From: Dehalococcoidia bacterium
GTDB lineage: Bacteria; Chloroflexota; Dehalococcoidia; Lucifugimonadales; Lucifugimonadaceae
NCBI GenBank assembly: GCA_965116375.1
Contig: OZ220681.1
Location: 676,224 to 708,223, forward strand
DNA: 32,000 nt
Reading direction: 5' to 3'
Shown here: piece by piece, positions 24,174 through 31,045 of the stretch
Position numbering within the stretch: position 1 is the stretch's first letter
Layout of the letters: each line of letters begins with the position of its first letter
Position numbers and translations under genes: made by a program
The notes under the pieces: model-generated
Databases searched by the model: none
Seen by the model: only the letters and a program-made list of their open reading frames with translations
What the model was told of the DNA's origin: nothing

Positions 24174-25511
24174 TCAGAAGGGGACGGGTGAGATTGACAC
24201 CAGGTCTTTGAGGGGGACTCGGATTTCGTCGGGGTCCCTGTAACGGCGCGAGTCGTCGTCGGGCGGATCGTCTTCGCTTGGTGGGCCGAGGTGGATTATC
24301 GGGCGTTTATTCCTGGGTGGCGGTTCAGGCGCGGGTGGTCCTTCGGGGTCAAGGGAGGGTTTGAAATCCTCCCCTACAGTTTCAGAGCAGTCCCGGCAAT
24401 GTCCGTATCCACGGGAGGGTTTGAAACCCTCGCCTACGCGGGTGTTTTGGGGCTGGTCAGGAGCGGCGGAAGAGGATGGTTGCGCAGATGCAGGAGATCC
24501 TTCGGCTTCGCTCAGGATGACAACGCCGGGAGGGTCCGAGTCTTCCGGGGGTTTGTCGTCGTTATGGGCGAGGAGGTGGCGGTTGCGTTCGAGGTACTGG
24601 AGGGTTTGGGGGTCGAGTGACGTTGTGTCCGTGAGTGCGTTGAGGCTGCCATCTTCGTTTATGAGGTGTTTGAACTTTCGCTTGTGGTATTCCAACACGG
24701 CCCTATTGGCTGCCCTGACCGCATTGTTGTCCTGGAAGGCGATCTTCAAGCATTTGTACCCGTAGGAACCTTTGCCGAAGGGGTCGTCTCCGGGGTTTTT
24801 GATCGGGGTGGTGTTGTAGTCGCCTACTTGATCGGTGGCGTAACTTTCGTCCCAGTGTTTGCGGTTTGCGTCGAGAGCGACTTCCCAGGCTTCTTCGCCG
24901 CCGTAGATGTGGAGCTTGGCCCGGAGTCCCGCCCGATCTCTTTCGTACTCCTCAATTGTGTAGTTGTCGAAGTCGAACGGGGCGTCGTCGTCGTTGTACT
25001 GTTTGGCGTTGCGGCGCGCCCGGTTGGCAGGCAGTTCGTGAGACATGGGTTCGTCGTTCCCGTCCTCATCGGCGACGACGGTGTGACCGGGGAGGTTGTC
25101 GAATCCTCGCGTGATCAGCCTGTCGGATGCTGCGAGGCGGTGGCGCGGTTTGAAGTCTTCGAGTTTGCCTTGCATGGCATCCATGAGGAACCGGACGATG
25201 TCCCTGCCGCCGTCGGTTTCCTCCCTGATGATGTCTGCGAGTTCGTCTTTTGGCTCGGGCTTGCCGGGGGCGCGTTCGGGCTTGGCGCCGTTGGAAGGGG
25301 TTGAGACGGCCTGCTTGACGGCGTTGGGGATTTTGACTCCGAGTCTTTGGAGTTGGCGCGTAGCTTCCATCCGGTGCCAGATGTTGGCGCCTTCGATATT
25401 GCCCACAACGACGTCGACCAGGAATTCGACGATGAGCTGGCCGCCGTTGGTGGCCTCCTGGACGACTTCGGCGATGGGTCTGTATTGGGTTTTTGTCGGG
25501 GAATCGCACAT
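24174..25511 (-). CDS. Orphan protein with tandem 46-aa N-terminal modules and a repeat-encoded C-terminal tail
   Basis: 445-aa ORF with no antisense competitor of better quality. Acidic, protein-like composition for the first ~320 aa. Internal duplication (aa 13-58 vs 91-136, 17/46 identical, ungapped). A strong promoter lies immediately upstream. No family recognised. The last ~125 aa are encoded by hairpin-repeat DNA. Confidence 0.55.
   Translation of the reverse strand: MCDSPTKTQYRPIAEVVQEATNGGQLIVEFLVDVVVGNIEGANIWHRMEATRQLQRLGVKIPNAVKQAVSTPSNGAKPERAPGKPEPKDELADIIREETDGGRDIVRFLMDAMQGKLEDFKPRHRLAASDRLITRGFDNLPGHTVVADEDGNDEPMSHELPANRARRNAKQYNDDDAPFDFDNYTIEEYERDRAGLRAKLHIYGGEEAWEVALDANRKHWDESYATDQVGDYNTTPIKNPGDDPFGKGSYGYKCLKIAFQDNNAVRAANRAVLEYHKRKFKHLINEDGSLNALTDTTSLDPQTLQYLERNRHLLAHNDDKPPEDSDPPGVVILSEAEGSPASAQPSSSAAPDQPQNTRVGEGFKPSRGYGHCRDCSETVGEDFKPSLDPEGPPAPEPPPRNKRPIIHLGPPSEDDPPDDDSRRYRDPDEIRVPLKDLVSISPVPF
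24353..24377 (+). repeat. Hairpin repeat family 3 copy
   Basis: gggagggtttgaaatcctcccctac, 23/25 identical to 24413..24437. Lies inside the 3' part of ORF 24174..25511. Confidence 0.7.
24413..24437 (+). repeat. Hairpin repeat family 3 copy
   Basis: gggagggtttgaaaccctcgcctac. Core gagggttt-g-aaaccctc palindrome. Confidence 0.7.
24491..24521 (-). repeat. Hairpin repeat family 1 copy (inverted orientation)
   Basis: The reverse complement reads gtcATCCTgagcgaagccgaAGGATctcctg. Lies inside ORF 24174..25511, where it encodes VILSEAEGSP. Confidence 0.7.
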
Positions 25512-25518
25512 ATGTTCT

Positions 25519-25547
25519 AATTTAGGGGGAAAGGGGGGTGGTGTCAA
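25519..25547 (-). promoter_or_regulatory. Sigma-70-type promoter giving a leaderless or near-leaderless mRNA for the orphan ORF
   Basis: On the minus strand: TTGACA, 17 nt, TAAATT, 7 nt, ATG. No Shine-Dalgarno sequence. Confidence 0.5.
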
Positions 25548-25798
25548 ATGGGGGTTGGCGTAGTTGTGTAAGGGCGTGGTTGGGGTGTGGGAGAACGCGA
25601 ATTGGGAGTAGGCCCTTGAATACCCGATTCCCCGGTAAGTCAGGGATTACGCAAAAGTTCCCTCGACGGAGAGTGGGAGAATGATCATAAAGAGCCACGG
25701 GGTCCGCCGGACCCATGAAGTTGACATCTCCCGATGTCGTTGTGATTCTCAACCCACCGTTCAATTGATTGGCAAGGCCGCGTCCACAACCGCTACCA

Positions 25799-26272
25799 AT
25801 GACACGAAAAACCAGACCAGCCATACCAACCCATACACGCCTCCTCATCGCCTGGCTCTTCGTCCCGTTGCACCGGCTCTTGTTCCGCCTCTCGAAAGGC
25901 CGACTGTTGGGCCGACTGGAAGGCCACGGCGTACTTGTCCTGGTGACCAAGGGACGCAAGAGCGGCAAGCCGCGTTCGTCCCCCCTGATGTACTTCCAAT
26001 TTCAAGGGTCAGACGACCTCATCATCGCCGCTTCAAACTACGGCCTGGACCACCACCCCGCCTGGTACCTGAACGTCGAAGCCCACCCTAACGTCTCCGT
26101 AGAAACCAGGGGCGAGCCCTTCGCAGCAACCGCCCGCATTCCACAAGGCGAAGAACGCGCCGCCCTGTTCAACAAAGTAGCCGCCGCAAACCCGCGCTTC
26201 GCCCGCTATCGAGACGCCACCCACCGCCAAATCCCCGTCGTTGCGCTCCGCCGCGTCCATCGACCGGGTTAA
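25799..26272 (+). CDS. Deazaflavin (F420H2)-dependent nitroreductase family protein (DUF385/Ddn-like)
   Basis: GRKSGKPRSSPLMY, IIAASNYGLDHHPAWYLNVEAHPNVSV and the C-terminal IPVVAL pattern typical of this family. The track start is a TTG at 25769; the ATG at 25799 is preferred. Confidence 0.75.
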   Translation: MTRKTRPAIPTHTRLLIAWLFVPLHRLLFRLSKGRLLGRLEGHGVLVLVTKGRKSGKPRSSPLMYFQFQGSDDLIIAASNYGLDHHPAWYLNVEAHPNVSVETRGEPFAATARIPQGEERAALFNKVAAANPRFARYRDATHRQIPVVALRRVHRPG

Positions 26273-26343
26273 GCGGTAAGCTCGGCGTCCCGTCCGGCAT
26301 CCACCAAGTGCCTGTGCAAGTGCGGTTCAGACAAGTGAGCTAG

Positions 26344-26372
26344 TTGATAGCTGTACCGGCACACGGTATAGT
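26344..26372 (+). promoter_or_regulatory. Sigma-70-type promoter giving a leaderless higB mRNA
   Basis: TTGATA (26344..26349), 17 nt, TATAGT (26367..26372), 6 nt, ATG (26379). No SD. Confidence 0.55.
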
Positions 26373-26378
26373 CAATTC

Positions 26379-26657
26379 ATGATCCGTTCGTTTCGCCATC
26401 GAGGGTTAAGGCGGCTTTATGAGCGAGACGACCCAGCCAGGATCGCCGCCGACCAATTGCACCGAATCACTCTCGCCCTCGCAGACCTGGATGCGGCCGG
26501 TAGGCCGAGTGATCTCGATCTGCCGGGATACAGACTGCATCCACTCAGAGGGGACAGAAGAGGTCTGTGGAGCATCGCAATTTCTGGCAACTGGCGGATC
26601 ACCTTCAGGTTTGAAGCTGGCGACGTGTACGACGTTGATCTCGTCGATTACCACTGA
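26379..26657 (+). CDS. higB: HigB-type toxin (RelE/ParE superfamily, plasmid maintenance system killer)
   Basis: 92 aa. MIRSF.HRGL..L...D....I.......I...L..L........L..PGYRLH.L.GDR.G.WSI.I.GNWRI.F.F..GDV..VDL.DYH is the canonical HigB pattern. Confidence 0.85.
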   Translation: MIRSFRHRGLRRLYERDDPARIAADQLHRITLALADLDAAGRPSDLDLPGYRLHPLRGDRRGLWSIAISGNWRITFRFEAGDVYDVDLVDYH

Positions 26658-26671
26658 TGAGGAGAGAGACC

Positions 26672-26968
26672 ATGCCGATGAAGAATCCGCCCCATCCGGG
26701 TCGCAGCGTCAGGGAGAACTGCCTGGACCCTCTCGGCCTGAGCGTCACCGAAGCGGCGGAGGTCCTGGGAGTTGCCCGTCATACCCTTTCGCGGGTATTG
26801 AACGGTCACGCGGCGATCTCGCCCGACATGGCCATTCGGCTGGAAAAGGCCGGATGGTCCAGCGCAGACTTCTGGTTGAGCCGCCAGACCGCATACGACC
26901 TGGCTCAGGCGCGCAAGTGTAAAGACAGGATAAAGGTTAAACGCTACCAGCCCCTGCCCACCGCATAG
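26672..26968 (+). CDS. higA: HigA-type antitoxin (XRE-family HTH)
   Basis: [49 protein letters not shown] at 26672 preceded by GAGGAGAG. The track ORF begins at 26657, overlapping the higB stop. Confidence 0.85.
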   Translation: MPMKNPPHPGRSVRENCLDPLGLSVTEAAEVLGVARHTLSRVLNGHAAISPDMAIRLEKAGWSSADFWLSRQTAYDLAQARKCKDRIKVKRYQPLPTA

Positions 26969-27199
26969 AATTCGCCCGCAACCGCTGGATCCCAGTCGTC
27001 GCCCTCCCCCGCGCCAAGCGACAATCAGTTGCGCAGCCACATCGACAGGCCAGTTCTCCAGAAATTCCGCCGCGCGAGCATCGGGGGCGCTGACCACCAC
27101 AGCCCGCCAAACCTTCGTGATGGAATCGCTGCCCGGTCCAACCCGGAGCTGTCACTCAGGCGAACATTGTTAGAAACAGGTTAATCGTAGTACGCACCG

Positions 27200-27952
27200 T
27201 CAATTCGATGGTTCTTCATTGATGCCGGGTAAACTTGTTAAGCCCTCTATAGCAGATGGCAATTCCCTAAACGTCCCGACCTTGGCGGTTGCTTTGGACA
27301 AATCGTGAGCTGCAGTGAACTCGTTCGCAACCACGATGCAGTCAATACCCGCCGCTATTGCCGACTTCAAACCTCTCGCCGAGTCTTCAATAACCACCGT
27401 TTCAGCGGCGGTAGCGCCAAAGCGTTGGAGGCCGCTCAGATATGGGTCGGGGTGCGGTTTAGCCCGCTCGTAATCCTCTCTAATCAGATAAAATTCCATA
27501 TGGTCTAGAATAGATCGCTTTTCGTGTATCAAGCCGAAGTCAGCCCGTTTCGACGTAGTTACGATACCCATCCTATACGTAGCTGAGAGTTCGGTCAGTG
27601 TTGGCGGGACACCTTCGATCTCAATGTTCTCAGTTATCAGGTATTCCTGGCAGTACCGGTTTCTCAGTTCTCGGCCATGTTTAATCTCAGATCCGGATAT
27701 TCCTGAAACTCGTGCCGCCTCCCACGCGGACACTCCATCGGCCATATTCGCCAAATATGTGTCTCGTCGAAGTTCAATTCCGAGAGATGCCAGCGCACGT
27801 TTGTTTGCCAAGTAATACCAATGTTCTGTGTCGACTAAGACCCCATCATGGTCAAACAAAATGAATTTCTTCACTTTTATGCCCGGCTCATTATCGACCC
27901 ATGCGAAGCTGCCACCGTTGCGCCCGGTAGGGCTCGTACTCCCATCCTCCAC
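27200..27952 (-). CDS. HAD-superfamily hydrolase (subfamily IA phosphatase / beta-phosphoglucomutase-like)
   Basis: Motif I FILFDHDGVLVDTE, motif II IVTTS, motif IV-like VIEDSARG. The true start is probably the GTG at 27874 (VKKFILFDHDG). Markedly lower GC than the flanking genes. Confidence 0.8.
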   Translation of the reverse strand: MEDGSTSPTGRNGGSFAWVDNEPGIKVKKFILFDHDGVLVDTEHWYYLANKRALASLGIELRRDTYLANMADGVSAWEAARVSGISGSEIKHGRELRNRYCQEYLITENIEIEGVPPTLTELSATYRMGIVTTSKRADFGLIHEKRSILDHMEFYLIREDYERAKPHPDPYLSGLQRFGATAAETVVIEDSARGLKSAIAAGIDCIVVANEFTAAHDLSKATAKVGTFRELPSAIEGLTSLPGINEEPSN

Positions 27953-27985
27953 TTTCTCGCAACACCCATCAACCCCAACACCCCC

Positions 27986-29017
27986 CTACAACCCAATCAT
28001 CACCTTGCACGTATCCGGCCTAGGCGACCGCGCATACTCAAACGCCCCTACCGACTCCTCAAACGTAAACCGGTCCGTAACCAACTGCGCCACCGGGACT
28101 CGACCGGCGGCCGTCAACTCAATTGCCGTTGGATAAGCGTTGGCGTACCTGAACACCGTGGCCAGATCCACCTCTTTGACCATCGCCGCCACCGTGTCGA
28201 TGCTCGTCGGCTGCGGTCCCATCCCTACCAGGACGACGCGGCCGGCGGGGGCTGATGCCTCGATGAGTGTCTGAGGTCCATCGGGATGGCCGGAACACTC
28301 GACCCCGACATCCGCGCCGCGGCCACCCGTCGCGGCCATCACAACTTCAGCCAACGACTCCGACCCTGCATCCACGACCGCCGCCGCGCCTAGTTCCCTG
28401 GCGCGCTCCAGGCGAGCGGGTATCACGTCGGCCACAATCACCTGCGACGCCCCGTATGCCAGGGCCGCCAGGAGCGTCACGCATCCGATGGTCCCGGCCC
28501 CGTTGACAGCCACCACGCTGCCGGGCCGCACTCCGCCGCGTTCGCAGGCGTGCACGCCCACCGCCAGCGGCTCCATCAACGCGCCCTCCTCCGTGCTCAT
28601 GTTGTCCGGCAACCGGAAGGCCAGCGCGGCCGGATGGATGACGTGCTCCGCCAGCACCCCGTCATACGGCGGCGTCGCCCAGAACCGGACATCCTTGCAC
28701 AGGTTGTAGCGGCCGGTCCTGCACTCCCGGCAGTCCCCGCAGGGCACGCCGGGCTCCATCGCCACCGTGTCCCCAGGCGCCAGTGACTCCACTCCCTCGC
28801 CCACAGCCTCAACCACACCTGCCGCCTCGTGTCCCAGGATCATCGGCGCTCTCAGCACGAAGTCGCCAATCCGGCCGTGCTCGTAGTAGTGGACGTCGCT
28901 GCCACAGATCCCCACCGACCGAACGGCTACCCTCATCTGGCCCGGTCCCGGCGCGCCGGGGTCGGGGACGTCGCGAATAGCCAGGTCAAGCGGGCTATTC
29001 AGAACGAGCGCCTTCAA
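27986..29017 (-). CDS. Zinc-dependent medium-chain dehydrogenase (sorbitol/L-iditol or threonine dehydrogenase-like)
   Basis: GICGSDVHYYEHG, GHEAAGVV, structural-zinc Cys cluster CGDCRECRTGRYNLC, and GAGTIG Rossmann motif. TTG start overlapping the SDR stop. Confidence 0.85.
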   Translation of the reverse strand: MKALVLNSPLDLAIRDVPDPGAPGPGQMRVAVRSVGICGSDVHYYEHGRIGDFVLRAPMILGHEAAGVVEAVGEGVESLAPGDTVAMEPGVPCGDCRECRTGRYNLCKDVRFWATPPYDGVLAEHVIHPAALAFRLPDNMSTEEGALMEPLAVGVHACERGGVRPGSVVAVNGAGTIGCVTLLAALAYGASQVIVADVIPARLERARELGAAAVVDAGSESLAEVVMAATGGRGADVGVECSGHPDGPQTLIEASAPAGRVVLVGMGPQPTSIDTVAAMVKEVDLATVFRYANAYPTAIELTAAGRVPVAQLVTDRFTFEESVGAFEYARSPRPDTCKVMIGL

Positions 29018-29787
29018 CGTGCGCCCTCGCCGCCGTCCACCGGCAGTACCACACCGTTTACGTAGTCCGACAGCGGCGAGGCCAGAAATAGCGCAACTTC
29101 CGCCACCTCACGGGGCTTCCCGAAGCGTCCCATCGGCACTCCCGCCAGCTTGAAGTCCGTTCGCGGCCCCGGAGTCCACACCGCCTCGGCCATCGGCGTG
29201 GCTATCACCGTGGGCGCAATGGCGTTCGTCTGTACGTTGTGCGGTCCGAACTCAACGGCCATGGTCATCGTGAGAAGCTGCAAGCCCGCCTTGGAGGCGC
29301 TGTACGCGGCGTGTTCCTCCAGCGCGCCCAGCCCGGCCCGCGAGGTGATGTTCACGATCTTGCCGCTGCGCCGTTCGATCATGCCCGGCGCAAAACATTG
29401 CGCCAGCAGCAACGGCGCCAGCAGGTTCACGTTCAGGGTGTTGTGCCACTCAAAAAGCTCAACGTCGAGCACCATTTGCGGGTGCGTCAGACCGGCGTTG
29501 TTGATCAGGATGTCGACCTTTCCGAACTCCGCCAGCGTGGCTTCACCCAGCGATCTCACCTGGTCCGGATCGGCCAGTTCGGCGGTGTGGGTCCACGCCT
29601 TGACACCCCGGCTGCGCGCCGACTCCGCGGTGGCCTCCAGGCCAGCCTCATCGCGCGCCGCCAATGCCAAATCTGCCCCGGCATCAGCAAGAGCCTCGGC
29701 AATGGCGACCCCGATCCCCTTCGAAGCGCCGCTCACAAACGCCACCTTGCCGCTCAGGTCAATCTTCATTCCACTGGAATTGTCCAT
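29014..29787 (-). CDS. SDR-family oxidoreductase
   Basis: GKVAFVSGASKGIG (TGxxxGIG), NNAG, YSASKAG catalytic Tyr-x3-Lys. Start at the ATG preceded by AGGTGA; the track ORF extends to 29853. Confidence 0.85.
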   Translation of the reverse strand: MDNSSGMKIDLSGKVAFVSGASKGIGVAIAEALADAGADLALAARDEAGLEATAESARSRGVKAWTHTAELADPDQVRSLGEATLAEFGKVDILINNAGLTHPQMVLDVELFEWHNTLNVNLLAPLLLAQCFAPGMIERRSGKIVNITSRAGLGALEEHAAYSASKAGLQLLTMTMAVEFGPHNVQTNAIAPTVIATPMAEAVWTPGPRTDFKLAGVPMGRFGKPREVAEVALFLASPLSDYVNGVVLPVDGGEGAR

Positions 29788-29994
29788 TTCGTTCACCTGC
29801 GCCTGCCGCGTTCGCTCATTGTCCCGGTAATTTACGGATGCGGCGCCTGGCAACCGAACATTACCACGCGGCCCACGCTGCCTCGATTCCTACGGAGACC
29901 TTTGCGCAACTCTTCCTCCCTCGCCTGGCGAGGGTTGGGGTGAGGGGGCACAGCGCTTTCGCTAAACTTCACGTCTCTGGAGACGAGGGTTGGA

Positions 29995-30669
29995 ATGTCA
30001 AAGTTACTGAGTCTGCTGGTCGCCGGCGTTGCGCTGACGGTCCTGTTGACGATTGGATGTACCGACGACCCCGCGCCAGCACCGACCCTTGCGCCGACAT
30101 CTACGCCTGCACCGACCTCCACTCCTACTCCAACGGGTACACCTGCGCCAACCTCAACACCTGTGTCGACCGCTACGCCAACACCTACCTCAACACCTGT
30201 GCCAACCGTTACGCCAACACCTACCTCCGCACCTACACCGGCCCCTACGCCTACATCGATACCTGCAATTGCGCCGACTCCGGTCCCTGCATCGACACCT
30301 GCCCCGTCAGCTGTAGCCCTGACCCTTGACGAGTACCTACTAAACTGCGCTCTGGTTGAAGTACTAAGGGACTGGACCACCTACGGGGAATTGTCCGCCG
30401 CCGCCGCGAAGATGATCGAGGTCTTTTCGCAGTTGTCGCCCCCCGACGAGGTGGCCGACTGGCACGACAAGGGGCTGGTCCTCGTCCGGAACTTCAAGCC
30501 ACTGGTCGACACGCAGCCTGCGGACCAGGCCATAGGCATCGAGTTCTTCCCGATAGCCGCAGAAGTGGAACCCTATGCTGATGCGGTGACCGCAGCCGAA
30601 AAAGAAATGCCTGCCGATATCCAAAGGCGGATGACAGAGGCCGGCTGCCTGCAAGACCTCGGCGGTTGA
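29995..30669 (+). CDS. Lipoprotein with long Pro/Thr-rich linker and C-terminal domain of unknown function
   Basis: Signal peptide plus lipobox (LLTIGC). About 85 aa of P/T/S/A low-complexity sequence, then a ~115-aa globular-looking acidic domain. No family recognised. Confidence 0.65.
   Translation: MSKLLSLLVAGVALTVLLTIGCTDDPAPAPTLAPTSTPAPTSTPTPTGTPAPTSTPVSTATPTPTSTPVPTVTPTPTSAPTPAPTPTSIPAIAPTPVPASTPAPSAVALTLDEYLLNCALVEVLRDWTTYGELSAAAAKMIEVFSQLSPPDEVADWHDKGLVLVRNFKPLVDTQPADQAIGIEFFPIAAEVEPYADAVTAAEKEMPADIQRRMTEAGCLQDLGG
30151..30222 (+). repeat. 36-bp tandem repeat (2 full units, partial third) inside the lipoprotein linker
   Basis: 30151..30186 vs 30187..30222: 33/36 identical (acctcaacacctgtg..acc..tacgccaacacct). 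In frame, encoding TSTPV.T.TPTP units. Confidence 0.85.
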
Positions 30670-30765
30670 AACGCCCCGGACCCGCGCAGTTTTTCACCAC
30701 TTACATTACGTCACTGTGCCGTTTCGGAACTCAACTCGAATTACGGTGCGCGTTCGTACCGCATT

Positions 30766-30880
30766 AGAGGGTGTCTAATAAGTCGTCGGAAACCGTTCGT
30801 GGTGAGCTTGTCGAACCATGAACTGCGCCTCGACCCTTCGACAGGCTCAGGGTGAACGGAAGGGTTTTTAGACACCCTCT
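30766..30880. repeat. 115-bp hairpin/MITE-like element with perfect 13-bp terminal inverted repeats
   Basis: agagggtgtctaa (30766..30778) and ttagacaccctct (30868..30880) are exact reverse complements. The interior also folds (ccgttcgtggtgagcttgtcgaacc vs ccttcgacaggctcagggtgaacgg). No coding capacity. Confidence 0.7.
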
Positions 30881-31000
30881 TAGGCTTCCGGTACGGTCCG
30901 CACCGCCGTCTCGAGGTCGACGTAATCCCGTATCTCGCCGCGCCGCACGCCCATTCCAGGACTGCCTTGATCAACTTCCACAGCGGCCAGCCGTTTCGCG

Positions 31001-31025
31001 AAAAATCCGGCCAGGTGGCCGGATT
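31001..31025 (-). terminator. Intrinsic terminator downstream of tRNA-Ile
   Basis: Stem aatccggcc/ggccggatt with a 4-nt loop. On the minus strand it is followed by a T5 run. Lies 20 nt past the tRNA 3' end. Confidence 0.6.
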
Positions 31026-31045
31026 CAGGTGGACTTGCGGGGTTT

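Noticed and set aside
26969-27199. Possible gene remnant on the minus strand (…DSITKVWRAVVVSAPDARAAEFLENWPVDVAAQLIVAW…), part of track ORF 26648..27100
   Set aside because: No ATG with a credible context and no recognisable motif. The downstream half of the ORF is antisense to higA. It could be a pseudogene fragment, but that cannot be supported from sequence alone.
23520-27985. C-rich motifs near both ends of the accessory stretch (ccaccaaaccccccgtag at ~23820 and ccccaacacccccctac at ~27970) as possible att-type direct repeats
   Set aside because: The similarity is short, low-complexity and imperfect. No integrase or recombinase gene is present, so island borders remain undefined.
30881-31045. 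ORFs 30880..31071(-) and 30852..31103(+) between the hairpin element and the tRNA
   Set aside because: Both overlap the tRNA gene and/or its terminator and have no motifs. The interval is treated as non-coding.
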